NCBI GenBank assembly: GCA_963826115.1 | Contig: CAWGVS010000012.1 | Coordinates: forward strand, 672,001 to 736,000 | DNA from: an uncultured Candidatus Rokubacteria bacterium | Lineage (GTDB): Bacteria; Methylomirabilota; Methylomirabilia; Rokubacteriales; DASRDR01 | Length of the DNA stretch: 64,000 nucleotides | Reading direction: 5' to 3' | Shown: in pieces, positions 28,970 to 41,992 of the stretch | Position numbering within the stretch: the stretch's first letter is position 1 | Layout of the letters: every line of letters begins with the position of its first letter | Translations under genes and position numbers: made by a program | Notes under the pieces: generated by a model | What the model was told of the DNA's origin: nothing | The model's database searches: none | The model's input: the letters and a program-made list of their open reading frames with translations, nothing else

Positions 28970-30187
28970 ATGCGCGTGCTCATGATTGCGCCGACGCCGT
29001 TCTTCGGCGACCGCGGCTGTCATGTTCGAATCTTCGAAGAGGTCCGGGCCCTCCGCCGTCACGACGTGGAGGTCCTGGTGGCGACCTACCCCGTCGGCCG
29101 CGATGTTCCGGAGGTCCGGACCGTCCGGTCCGCGCGGCTCCCGTGGGTGCGTCGGCTCCCTGTCGGCTTTTCGCCCCACAAGCCCTTACTCGATCTCCTG
29201 CTCCTCGGCGCCGGGGCCCGCGCCGCGCGAGCGTTTCAACCCGACGTGATTCACGGCCATCTCCACGAGGGTGCCGCGCTCGCGGGTGTGCTCGGCCGGT
29301 TGCTCGGCCGCCCGGCCGTGGCTGATCTCCAGGGCAGCCTCACCGGGGAGCTGATCGACCACGGGACGATCCCGGCCCGGGGTCCCCTGCCGGCCCTGGC
29401 GCGGGTCGTCGAGCGTGCGTGCCTTCGCGGCCCGATGCGGCTCATCGCGTCGTCCTCGAGCTTCGCGCGCGATCTGGAAGCGCGGTGGGGCGGTGGCGAT
29501 CGCGTCGTCGCGGTGCCGGACGGCGTGGACACCGACGTGTTCCAGCCCGGCCTTCCCGTCGAGGAGCTGCGGCGATCCCTTCGTCTCGAGGGTCGGCCGC
29601 TCGTCGTCTTCCTCGGGGTGCTCACGCCCTATCAGGGCGTCGACGACTTGCTGGCGGCCTGGTCGGCGGTGGCCGCGGCGGTGCCCGACGCTCATCTCCT
29701 CCTGATGGGCTACCCGAATGAGGCGCAGTACCGGGAGCGGGTCGAGCGGACCGGGCTGCGGGGCTCGGTCACGGTCACCGGCCGCATCCACTACCGCGAC
29801 GCGCCCCGCTACCTCGCCCTCGGCGACGTGGCGGTCAGTCCCAAGCGCTCGATGACCGAGGCCAACGGGAAGCTCCTGAACTACATGGCGGCGGGCCTGC
29901 CGACGGTCGCCTACGACAGCCCGATCTCCCGCGAGATCCTCGGCGACGCCGGGGTCTTCGCCCCGCTCGGCGACCCCGCGGCCCTCGCGGCCGCCTGCAT
30001 CGGGCTCCTCGAGGACGCCCGCGAGCGCAAGTGGCGCGGCGCGGCGCTCCGCGAGCGCGCCCTGGCGACGTTCAGCTGGCCGGCGCTCGGCGGCCGGCTG
30101 GTCGAGGTGTATCAGGAGGCGCAGCGTGAATTCGCCGCACGGCGGTGCGCCGGCCTGCCGCGATCGGTCGAGCGGTCGCCGGACTGA
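28970..30187 (+). CDS. Glycosyltransferase family 4
   Basis: MRVLMIAPTPF, DVIHGH, PDGVD..F, K..NYMAAGLPTV; SD AGGAG. Confidence 0.9.
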   Translation: MRVLMIAPTPFFGDRGCHVRIFEEVRALRRHDVEVLVATYPVGRDVPEVRTVRSARLPWVRRLPVGFSPHKPLLDLLLLGAGARAARAFQPDVIHGHLHEGAALAGVLGRLLGRPAVADLQGSLTGELIDHGTIPARGPLPALARVVERACLRGPMRLIASSSSFARDLEARWGGGDRVVAVPDGVDTDVFQPGLPVEELRRSLRLEGRPLVVFLGVLTPYQGVDDLLAAWSAVAAAVPDAHLLLMGYPNEAQYRERVERTGLRGSVTVTGRIHYRDAPRYLALGDVAVSPKRSMTEANGKLLNYMAAGLPTVAYDSPISREILGDAGVFAPLGDPAALAAACIGLLEDARERKWRGAALRERALATFSWPALGGRLVEVYQEAQREFAARRCAGLPRSVERSPD

Positions 30188-30554
30188 CCGGCGGCGAGGG
30201 CGCCGGCCCGGTCGGCCTCGGCCGGCGCGCCCGCCGGAAACGAGCGCCCGGGGCGCTAGCCTTTGATGAGCGGTCGTAACTCCGCCTCGGTGAAGGCCGC
30301 GGGACACAGCCACCGTCCCGTGCCCGTCCCCACGTCATCATCCGCACCCGAGCCGCGGAGCCGATTACCTGGAAATCCTCGTCATCCATCCAACTCCACC
30401 CGACAGGGTCGACGCCAGGGCCGGCCTAGCATGAGCCGCCGCCGGCCGCCGGAGAACTCCCGACCGTCCCGGCCGCGCCCGCGGCCTCGCTGGCGCGGGT
30501 CCACAGACCCCGCGGGCGTACGCCCAGGTCCAGGCGCTATGCCGCGACGAGGCC

Positions 30555-30761
30555 GTGCCCTGCGTGGACCTCCGCGGGACGTTCGCGCCCTACCGCGACT
30601 ACACGAGTCTCTGGGTCAACCGCTTCGATCCGCACCCGAACGCGCGGGCGCACCGGCTCGCCGGCGAGCGGATCGTGGAGGTCCTGGGCCCCGCCTGGCT
30701 CGAGGCGGGACGGAGTCTCGGGCGGACGGCGCTGGCGGCGCCGCCCACCCCTCCACGATGA
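30555..30761 (+). pseudogene. C-terminal fragment of an SGNH/GDSL hydrolase
   Basis: VDL...F...DPHPNARAHRLAGE (DxH block V) with no upstream blocks. Confidence 0.6.
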
Positions 30762-30803
30762 GCCCGGTGCGCAGGGTGGGACGGGGACCGGCGAAGCCGG
30801 CCG

Positions 30804-31721
30804 TCAGGTGAGCCGTCGCACCGGATTCCTGAGGGTCCCGATCCCGTCGATCGTGATCGTCACGACGTCGCCCGCCGCCAGCGCGTGCTGATCCGGGACG
30901 AGGATCCCGGTCCCGGTCGACAGCACCGTGCCCGGCGGGACCGGGTTGTAGCGCTGGAGCCAGTCGACCAGCTCCCCGACGCGGCGCTTGAGATCGCCCG
31001 TCGAGGCGCGGCCCTCCCACAGGGTGCGACCGGCGCGCTCGATGACGCAGTGGATCGGGAGCGCATGGGGATCGGGGATCGAGGCCGGCGTGGCGATGAC
31101 CGGACCGAAGCCGAAGCTCCCCTGGAAGATCTTCGACTGGGGCAGGAACAGCGGGTTCTCCCGCTCGATGTCCCACGCGGACATGTCGTTCCCCACCGTG
31201 TAGCCGACGATCTTGCCCCCCACGCCCACGACCACCGCGAGCTCCGCCTCCACGACCGTGAGCTTCGAGTCGCCGCGGACTCCGACGGCGCCGTGCGGCC
31301 CCACCGAACGCGCCGCCGAGCCCTTGTAGAAGAGCTCGGGCCGCTCGGCTTCGTACACGTAGTCGTAAATCCCCTTGCCGCGGTGGGCCTGCCCGGTGTC
31401 GTGCTCGGAATAGTACTCGCGGCTCCGGCGGTACGTGATGCCGGCGCCCCACACCTCCGGGGGATCGATCGGCGGGAGCAGGCCGGCACCGCGGCCGCGG
31501 GGCTCGCGGTCGAGCGCGGCCCAGGCGTGGCGCGGGCGCCGAGGCGCGCGGCTCAGCTGGCGGGCCAGCCGCTCGATCCCGGTCGGGGTCTTGCCGGCGA
31601 GGACGAGGTCGAGGACCGAGCCGGCCCCGGCGCGCGGGGCGGTGATGTCGATGACCGTGTCGCCGTCGAGCACGCCCACGCGGCGCCCGCCGCCGGCAAC
31701 CTGGAACTGGCAGAGCTTCAT
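30804..31721 (-). CDS. Fumarylacetoacetate hydrolase family protein
   Basis: EVWGAGITY, RPELFYK, GYTVGNDMSAWDIE.ENPL.LPQSK, TGTG, IGTLRN. Confidence 0.9.
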   Translation of the reverse strand: MKLCQFQVAGGGRRVGVLDGDTVIDITAPRAGAGSVLDLVLAGKTPTGIERLARQLSRAPRRPRHAWAALDREPRGRGAGLLPPIDPPEVWGAGITYRRSREYYSEHDTGQAHRGKGIYDYVYEAERPELFYKGSAARSVGPHGAVGVRGDSKLTVVEAELAVVVGVGGKIVGYTVGNDMSAWDIERENPLFLPQSKIFQGSFGFGPVIATPASIPDPHALPIHCVIERAGRTLWEGRASTGDLKRRVGELVDWLQRYNPVPPGTVLSTGTGILVPDQHALAAGDVVTITIDGIGTLRNPVRRLT

Positions 31722-31799
31722 GGCTCTCTCCTTCGGTGGAGTGGGGTCAGGCTGGGGATGGGACGGCCGGCGACCGGCGGCCGCCGCCGGCCGGAGCGC

Positions 31800-32084
31800 T
31801 CACGCCAGGCGGAACCGGCGCCGGAAGACCTCGTCGCGGGTCTTCTGGTAGAGAATCTCCCACTCGGGGCTCCCCTCCGGAACGGGCCGGGCGTAGCTCC
31901 CGAGGATCTTGCGCACCTCGCCGTCGATCGACTCCTCCACACGGGTCTCGTCGGACAGAGCCCGGAGGATCTCGTTCCGCACGTCGTCGGGGGTCTTGAC
32001 CGCCGTCACGCCCTCCTGGGCGAGGACCGTCTCGGCGAGGCGCGCCGACAGGTGGAACAGCCGCTCGCGGCTCCACCTCATCAC
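31800..32084 (-). CDS. DUF507-like protein
   Basis: IDGEVRKI..Y..VPEGS.EWEILY; paired with the next gene. Confidence 0.75.
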   Translation of the reverse strand: MMRWSRERLFHLSARLAETVLAQEGVTAVKTPDDVRNEILRALSDETRVEESIDGEVRKILGSYARPVPEGSPEWEILYQKTRDEVFRRRFRLA

Positions 32085-32377
32085 AGGACGAACCCCCGGT
32101 CGCGGGCGAGCTTCTCCCGGGCCTTGTTGAAGAGCTGCCGGTAGTCGAGCCCCTTCTCGCGGATGTCCCGCGCGTGCTCCTGGAGGAGCCGTCGCGCGTC
32201 GACGTCGAGTTGCTCCTCCGCCGCGAGGTTCTCCACGATCACGCGCTGGATCGCCTGCTTGACCCGCGTCTCGTCCTTGGCATCGATGAAGCGGCGGCCC
32301 ACGAGGCGCTTCACGATCTCGGCGCCGATGCGGCCGGCGATCTCCTCCCGCCCGCGCACGCTAGTCACTCCCCGCAA
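32081..32377 (-). CDS. DUF507-like protein
   Basis: E..LD.DARRLL..DYRQLF.K..EKLARDRGFVL. Confidence 0.75.
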   Translation of the reverse strand: MRGVTSVRGREEIAGRIGAEIVKRLVGRRFIDAKDETRVKQAIQRVIVENLAAEEQLDVDARRLLQEHARDIREKGLDYRQLFNKAREKLARDRGFVL

Positions 32378-32855
32378 CGAGGTGCTCGAACGGCTCGGGG
32401 CCGGCGTCGTTCCACTCGACCTGCGGCGCCCGGTCGGGCGGGGTGCCTTCGATGAGCCAGGACTCCGAGACGCGGTAGCTCACCCGCCGGCGGGTGAAGG
32501 CCTCCCCGTCGTGGTAGTAGAGCCACCCCGTCCGCCGCCAGCCGATGCCGCGCGTCTCGACGCGAACCCGGCGCACCTCCAGGTCGAACACGGCCAGCCC
32601 GTGTCCGGCCGGCGTCTCCGTGTAACGCCGGTCGATCCGGGCCCGGCGGAGCGCGCCCAGGAATCCCTCGTAGGTCGTGGTCGCGAAGGGCTGGCCGAAG
32701 AAGAAGCGCTGCGCGGCGACCAGGAGGTCGGGGATGGTCTCGGGATCGGCGTCCAGCGCCCCGACGAGCGCAGGCACGCGCCAGGGGCGCGCGAGCCCGC
32801 TCACCCGGCGCTGCTTGTCGCGGAGGCAGACCCGCACGAGTCCAGGCTGTCCCAT
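32361..32855 (-). CDS. Hypothetical protein
   Basis: Operon position; promoter TTGACA-17-TAGGCT at 32880-32908. Confidence 0.65.
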   Translation of the reverse strand: MGQPGLVRVCLRDKQRRVSGLARPWRVPALVGALDADPETIPDLLVAAQRFFFGQPFATTTYEGFLGALRRARIDRRYTETPAGHGLAVFDLEVRRVRVETRGIGWRRTGWLYYHDGEAFTRRRVSYRVSESWLIEGTPPDRAPQVEWNDAGPEPFEHLVAGSD

Positions 32856-32979
32856 CTCGACGCCCGAAACCCCCGATTGAGCCTACTCAGCGCCCCCGGG
32901 GGTGTCAAGGCGCGCCCCCGGCCGGGTCCTCCGGGAACTCGCGCCCGCGGCGCCCGGCAGACCGGCCCGCGGAAGGCGC

Positions 32980-33399
32980 TCACGCGCCGCCGGGCCGTCG
33001 GCCCGCGGTCTGCAGCCGCGCGCGCGCCCGGGCGAAGGACGCGAGCGCCCGATCGACGTTGGTCTCCTCGACCACCGCGGACCGGAGCCGCTGCTCGGCC
33101 CGCTCCCCGGCCGCGCGGGCGCGAGCCACGTCGATCTCCTCCGGCCGCTCGGCGCTCTCGCTGAGGATCGTCACGTGGTCGGGCCCGACCTCGGCGAAGC
33201 CGCCGCTGACCGCCAGGTGGTGCTCCTCGCGCCCCGTCCGGTACATCACCTCGCCGGTCCCGACGAGGCTCAGGAGCGCGGCGTGCCCGGGGAGCACGCC
33301 GAACGAGCCCTCCGACCCGGGGACGACGACCTCATCGACCTCGCCCGACACCACGAGCCGCGTCGGGGTCGCCACCTCCAGCTTGAGCCGGTCCGCCAT
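32980..33399 (-). CDS. atpC: ATP synthase epsilon subunit
   Basis: LEVATP, G.FGVLPGH, VSGGFAEV. Confidence 0.96.
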   Translation of the reverse strand: MADRLKLEVATPTRLVVSGEVDEVVVPGSEGSFGVLPGHAALLSLVGTGEVMYRTGREEHHLAVSGGFAEVGPDHVTILSESAERPEEIDVARARAAGERAEQRLRSAVVEETNVDRALASFARARARLQTAGRRPGGA

Positions 33400-33413
33400 C
33401 GGCAGGTCCGCCC

Positions 33414-35730
<2,317 letters not shown>

Positions 35731-35751
35731 TGGCCCGGGCGGTCTCTCGTC

Positions 35752-37277
<1,526 letters not shown>

Positions 37278-37281
<4 letters not shown>

Positions 37282-37838
37282 GCCGCTCCCCCTGCTCCCT
37301 TGGTGATGCGCTCTCTGAGGGCCGCCAGCTGGCCCGCTACACTCATGTCCAGAACCCGGCTGTCCACCTCGGCGACGAAGCCGGCGAGGAGCCCCGCGTC
37401 GACCTCCGTGTCGAGGAGCACCGTCTTCCCGAGCCGCCGCCCGAGGCGCTCGCGGAGCGCGGTGCGCTCGGCGTCCGACAGGGCCGCGGCGCTGCGCACG
37501 CGCGCCCGGATCCGCCCCGCCGCCTCGTCGACGCTCGCGCGATAGGCGGCGAGGATCTCCCCGAGGACGTCGAGGCGCCGCCGCTGCGCGACGAGCGCCA
37601 GGAAGTTCCGTGTGAGCGGCGACATGCCGAGCCGCCCGGCCACCTCGAGGACGATGGCCCGTTTCGTCGACGCCTTCACCCACGGCCGGAGCAGGGCCTC
37701 GCGGAGCTGGGGCTCCGTGGCGAGAAGCTGCTCGAAGGTGGCGAGCTCGTCCGTGACGGCGTCGGCGCGGCGGGCCTCGCTCGCGAGCGCGTGGAGCGCC
37801 CGGGCGTAGCGACGCGCGACCCCGGCGTCCTGCTTCAC
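37278..37838 (-). CDS. atpH: ATP synthase delta subunit
   Basis: [20 protein letters not shown]; operon position. Confidence 0.93.
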
Positions 37839-38446
37839 GCCGGCTCGATCCGGGCCAGCGCCTCCCGGACGAGCCGCTGATGGTCGTCGTCGGTGAGGCT
37901 CTTGCGGATGAGGCGCTCGGCGATCTGGGTGGCGAGCACGCCCACCTCCGCCCGGAGCTCGGTCCGCGCCCGCCGGACCTCCTGACCCACCTGCGCCTGG
38001 GCGGCCTCGAGGAGCCGCGCGGCCTCCTGGCGGGCCTCGGCGCCGAGGCGCTCCCGGAGCTCCCCGGCCTCCCGTAGCGCGCGCTCGCGAAGGGCCTGGG
38101 CCTCCGCCTGCGCGGCGCGGATCCGCTCCTCCATCGCGCCGAGCGCCTGCTGCGCCTCCTCGCGGGCCGCCTTGGCTTCCGCGAGCTGCTGCTCGATCGC
38201 CGAGGTGCGGCCCTCGAGCGCGGCGAGGAGCGGCCGGTACATGAGCTTGTAGAGGGCAGCCAGGAGGAGGAGGAAGCTGATGAGCTGGACGCCGAGCGTC
38301 CAGTTGATCTCGATGAGGCTCCCGCCGCCTTCCGCCTCGGACGCCACCGCCAAGACGGGCGCGGTCAGCATCAGCGCACCCAGGACGAGTGCCTGCCTCA
38401 CGATCGCGCCGGCGCGCAGACTCACCACCAACCGGTTCCCTGTCAT
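37835..38446 (-). CDS. atpF: ATP synthase F0 subunit b
   Basis: [27 protein letters not shown] followed by coiled coil; start uncertain. Confidence 0.92.
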   Translation of the reverse strand: MTGNRLVVSLRAGAIVRQALVLGALMLTAPVLAVASEAEGGGSLIEINWTLGVQLISFLLLLAALYKLMYRPLLAALEGRTSAIEQQLAEAKAAREEAQQALGAMEERIRAAQAEAQALRERALREAGELRERLGAEARQEAARLLEAAQAQVGQEVRRARTELRAEVGVLATQIAERLIRKSLTDDDHQRLVREALARIEPA

Positions 38447-38526
38447 GTCAGCCTCGCGGGCGGGGGGTGTTGTGAAAAAAAGGGCAAGCAGCCCCTCAAG
38501 GGGATACCACGCCCATCGGAAATGTG

Positions 38527-39612
38527 TCAAGCGGCGCACGCGATCACGCCGCCGCCGACGACCGCCTCGCCCCGGTACCAGACGACGGACTGTCCCGGCG
38601 TGATCGCGTACTGGGGCTCGCGCAGCGTGACTTCGACACGGCGGGCGTCGCCGGTCGGGCTCAGGCGGGCGGGGACGCGGGGCGCGCGGTGGCGGACGCG
38701 CGCCTCGACGTCGAGCGGCTCCACGAGGTCGGGCACGGCGATCCAGTTCACCTGCTCGGCGACCAGCCGCGTCGCCCGGAGGGCGGCCCGCGGGCCGACG
38801 ACGACCGCGTTCCGCCGCGGGTCGAGCCGGACGACGTAGGCCGGGGACGCCCCCAGCCGGCCGAGACCCCGGCGCTGGCCCACCGTGTAGCCGCCGAGCC
38901 CGGTGTGGACGCCCACCTCGTGGCCCGCCTCGTCGACGACGGGCCCCGGCCGGAAGGCCTCGGGCGCCCGCGCTTGCAGAAACGCGCGGTAGTCCCCGCT
39001 CACGAAGCAGAGCTCCTGGCTCTCCGGCATGGCCGCCGTCGCGAGCCCCCGCGCCCGCGCCCACGCGCGCACCTCGGGCTTGGCGAGCCCGCCCACCGGA
39101 AAGCGCGCGCGCCGGAGCTGCGCCTGGGTGAGCGGCCACAGGAAGTAGCTCTGGTCCTTCGCGAGGTCGCGCGCGGTGAGGAGGCAGATGCGCCCGCTCC
39201 GGGGATCCGGCGCGACCCGCGCGTAGTGCCCCGTCGCGACGGCGTCCGCGTCCCAGGCGAGCGCGCGCTCGAGGAGCGTGCCGAACTTGATCTCGCGGTT
39301 GCAGACCACGCAGGGGCTCGGCGTCCGCCCCGCCGCGTACTCGCGGGTGAAGTCCGCGATCACCCGCTCCCCGAACTCGCGCTCGTGGTTCAGGAGGTAA
39401 TAGGGGATCCCGAGGCGTCGCGCGACCTGCCGGGCCCCCTGCGCCGTCGCGGGCGAGCAGCAGGAGCCGAATCGCGCGGCCGCATCCGTCGGCGCCTCCC
39501 AGGCGGCGGTGCGGAGCGTCACCCCGACCACCTCGTGGCCGGCCTCCCGGAGCAGGGCGGCGGCGACCGAGCTGTCTACACCTCCACTTAATCCGACTAT
39601 AATTGATTTCAT
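38527..39612 (-). CDS. mnmA: tRNA-specific 2-thiouridylase
   Basis: SGGVDS, TPSPCVVCN..IKF, ATGHYA, KDQSYFL, ESQELCF, YTVGQRRG, ITPGQ. Confidence 0.97.
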   Translation of the reverse strand: MKSIIVGLSGGVDSSVAAALLREAGHEVVGVTLRTAAWEAPTDAAARFGSCCSPATAQGARQVARRLGIPYYLLNHEREFGERVIADFTREYAAGRTPSPCVVCNREIKFGTLLERALAWDADAVATGHYARVAPDPRSGRICLLTARDLAKDQSYFLWPLTQAQLRRARFPVGGLAKPEVRAWARARGLATAAMPESQELCFVSGDYRAFLQARAPEAFRPGPVVDEAGHEVGVHTGLGGYTVGQRRGLGRLGASPAYVVRLDPRRNAVVVGPRAALRATRLVAEQVNWIAVPDLVEPLDVEARVRHRAPRVPARLSPTGDARRVEVTLREPQYAITPGQSVVWYRGEAVVGGGVIACAA

Positions 39613-39646
39613 TCGAATTAAATCGCTGTAGTTGCGCTCGGCTGTG

Positions 39647-40534
39647 TCAGGGGGGCCCCGTCAGCCGTGCATGGATCCGCTCCAGCTCGGCCGCCGTCGT
39701 TGGGGCGCTGCTCGTGAGATGCCCGTGGATCCGCTCGAGCTCCGCGGCCGAGGTGAATGGGAGCTCGATCCGGCCGCGCGACAGGTTCCCGACCACGCGG
39801 ACGCGCGTGCCGAGCGCCAGGCGAAGCTCCTCTTCCAGGGCCTCGACTTCCGGGGCTCGGCGACGCGGCTTCGCCCGCGTGGGTCGCCGCGCCTGGACGC
39901 CGGCCTCGGTCGCGCGCACGGACCAGTCCTGGGCAAGGATTCGCTCGCGGAGCCGCAGCTGCGCTGCGGGCGAGGGCAGCCCGAGGAGGGCGCGCGCGTG
40001 CCCCATCGTGAGCCGTCCCGCTCGCAGGTCCTCCTGGATCGGCTCCGGCAGCCGGAGCAGCCGGAGGGCATTCGCAATCGACGAGCGGTCCTTCCCGAGC
40101 CGCCGGGCGAGCTCCTCCTGGGTCCAGCCGAACTCGGCGAGGAGGCGCTGGTAGGCCTGCGCGGCCTCGACCGGGTTCAGGTCCTCGCGGAGCAGGTTCT
40201 CCACGAGCCCGAGCTCCAGGGCCTCCGCGTCGCTGGCCTCGCGCACGATCGCCGGTACCCGGCTGAGGCCGGCCTGCTGGGCGGCCCGCCACCGACGCTC
40301 GCCCACGAGGATCTCGAACTGCGCCCCCCGCGGCCGGACCACGAGGGGCTGGAGGATGCCCGTCGAGCGGATCGACGCCGCGAGCTCGTCGAGCGCCTGG
40401 GTGTCGAAGTGCCGGCGTGGCTGCTGCGGGTTCGGGATCAGGCTCTCGAGGGGGAGCTCGCGTAGCCTGACGCCGTCCTCGGTCTCAGCCGGTGGTAGGA
40501 GGGCGCCCAGACCGCGTCCGAGTGCGCGTTTCAT
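39647..40534 (-). CDS. parB: Chromosome partitioning protein ParB
   Basis: ALGRGL.AL, PNPQQPR, GERRWRA, ENL.REDLNPVE, HTH. Confidence 0.96.
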   Translation of the reverse strand: MKRALGRGLGALLPPAETEDGVRLRELPLESLIPNPQQPRRHFDTQALDELAASIRSTGILQPLVVRPRGAQFEILVGERRWRAAQQAGLSRVPAIVREASDAEALELGLVENLLREDLNPVEAAQAYQRLLAEFGWTQEELARRLGKDRSSIANALRLLRLPEPIQEDLRAGRLTMGHARALLGLPSPAAQLRLRERILAQDWSVRATEAGVQARRPTRAKPRRRAPEVEALEEELRLALGTRVRVVGNLSRGRIELPFTSAAELERIHGHLTSSAPTTAAELERIHARLTGPP

Positions 40535-41312
40535 CACGTCCCAGGACCTCCTTCGCCAGCTCCAGGTACGCGATCGCCCCGGGCGATCGGATGTCGTACT
40601 GGAGGATGGACCGCCCGTGGCTGGGCGCCTCGGACAGGCGGACATTCCGCGGAATCACGGTCGTGAACACCTGGCCCTTGAAGTAGCGCTCGACCTCCGC
40701 CCGGACCTGGGCCGTCAGCGTCGTCCGGCCGTCGAACAGCGTGAACACGATCCCCTCGATCTCGAGCGCGGGGTTCGCCCGGGTCCGGACGGTCTCGAGC
40801 GTCCGGACCAGCTGGGCCAGCCCCTCCAGCGCAAAATACTCGCACTGGAGCGGGATGAGCACCCCCTCGGCGGCGACGAGCGCATTCAGGGTCAGGAGCC
40901 CGAGCGAGGGGGGACAGTCGATCACCACGTAGCGGAACCGGGACCGAATCGGCTCCAGCGCCCCCCGTAGACGGCTCTCCCGGCTAGCCATCGTGGCCAG
41001 ATCCACCTCGACACCAACCAGGTCCGGATTCCCCGGCATGAGGGTGAGTCCCGGGATGGCGGTCTCCCGGAGACTTTCCCCGGCGGGCCGGCCCTCGGCC
41101 AGGACCTCGTAGATCGTACCGCCCTCGTCCCGCGTACCCTCGGGCGTGAGTCCCGCAGTCGCATTCGCCTGGGGATCGAGATCCACCAGCAGGGTGGGCC
41201 GGTCGGCGACGGCGAGGGCGCTCGCCAGACTGACGGCCGTCGTGGTCTTCCCGACGCCGCCCTTCTGGTTCACGACCGCGATGCTACGGCTCTGCTGTGC
41301 GCCCTGTTCCAC
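40485..41312 (-). CDS. parA: Chromosome partitioning ATPase ParA/Soj
   Basis: NQKGGVGKTT, DLDPQANAT, DCPPSLG, QCEYFALEG, IPRNVRLSEAPSHG. Confidence 0.97.
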   Translation of the reverse strand: MEQGAQQSRSIAVVNQKGGVGKTTTAVSLASALAVADRPTLLVDLDPQANATAGLTPEGTRDEGGTIYEVLAEGRPAGESLRETAIPGLTLMPGNPDLVGVEVDLATMASRESRLRGALEPIRSRFRYVVIDCPPSLGLLTLNALVAAEGVLIPLQCEYFALEGLAQLVRTLETVRTRANPALEIEGIVFTLFDGRTTLTAQVRAEVERYFKGQVFTTVIPRNVRLSEAPSHGRSILQYDIRSPGAIAYLELAKEVLGRDETRTRTRSGRPPTTG

Positions 41313-41916
41313 GTGGAACGTCTGCCTCCCGGGCCGTCCCGCGAATTATAAGAAACCGGCGTCGCCAGGACAATTCCCCTGGGAGGTCCAGGACCACCTC
41401 GCGCCGCGTCCCCGGGCCCGTCCCGGTCGGCCCCACCGATACGACGAGGTGCCCGGCCGGCGCCAGGAAGGGCGCCGCCAGCGCCGCGGCGGACGCCCCG
41501 GGGGCCACCGCCCGCATCGTCACGGTCTGGAATCGGCCCGCAAGCGGGCCGCCGGCCAGCGCCTCCGCACGCCCCCAGTGGACCGCGACCCCCCCAAGGC
41601 CGAGCTCGCGGACCATGTGCCGCAGGAAGTTCGCGCGTCGCCGCGTGGCATCGAGGAGCTCGACCTCCCATTCCGGCCGCGCCAGCTTCAGCACGAGCCC
41701 GGGCACGCCCGCCCCGCTTCCGACGTCCAGGAGCGGCGCCGCCGGGGCGGGGAGCACCGTGAGCCACATGAGGGACTCCAGAACCAGGTGCTGGAGCCGC
41801 GCCAGCCGCGTCCGGTAGGCTGTCAGGCCACCCACGCGCTGCCAGCGCTCGAGCTCGTCCAGGTACCGCGTCACCGCCCCCGGGAATGTCGGGGGCAGCG
41901 TCAGGCCGAGGGCCAC
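41284..41916 (-). CDS. rsmG: 16S rRNA m7G527 methyltransferase
   Basis: LDVGSGAGVPG, RAE, RAV; between yidC and parA; start uncertain. Confidence 0.88.
   Translation of the reverse strand: MALGLTLPPTFPGAVTRYLDELERWQRVGGLTAYRTRLARLQHLVLESLMWLTVLPAPAAPLLDVGSGAGVPGLVLKLARPEWEVELLDATRRRANFLRHMVRELGLGGVAVHWGRAEALAGGPLAGRFQTVTMRAVAPGASAAALAAPFLAPAGHLVVSVGPTGTGPGTRREVVLDLPGELSWRRRFLIIRGTAREADVPRGTGRTAEP
41305..41320. other. parS centromere-like site
   Basis: TGTTCCACGTGGAACG, 15/16 to the palindromic parS variant TGTTCCACGTGGAACA. Confidence 0.85.
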
Positions 41917-41992
41917 TCCCGCCCGCCGGATCGCCCCGTCGACATCGACGGGCCCCGGCTCGCGCGGCGCGTGGCGCGCGGACGGCCGGCGG

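Noticed and set aside
39586-39623. dif site or oriC DNA-unwinding element
   Set aside because: The XerD arm TTATGTTAAAT is not matched, the site is near the origin, and no DnaA boxes are adjacent; kept only as an unexplained palindrome
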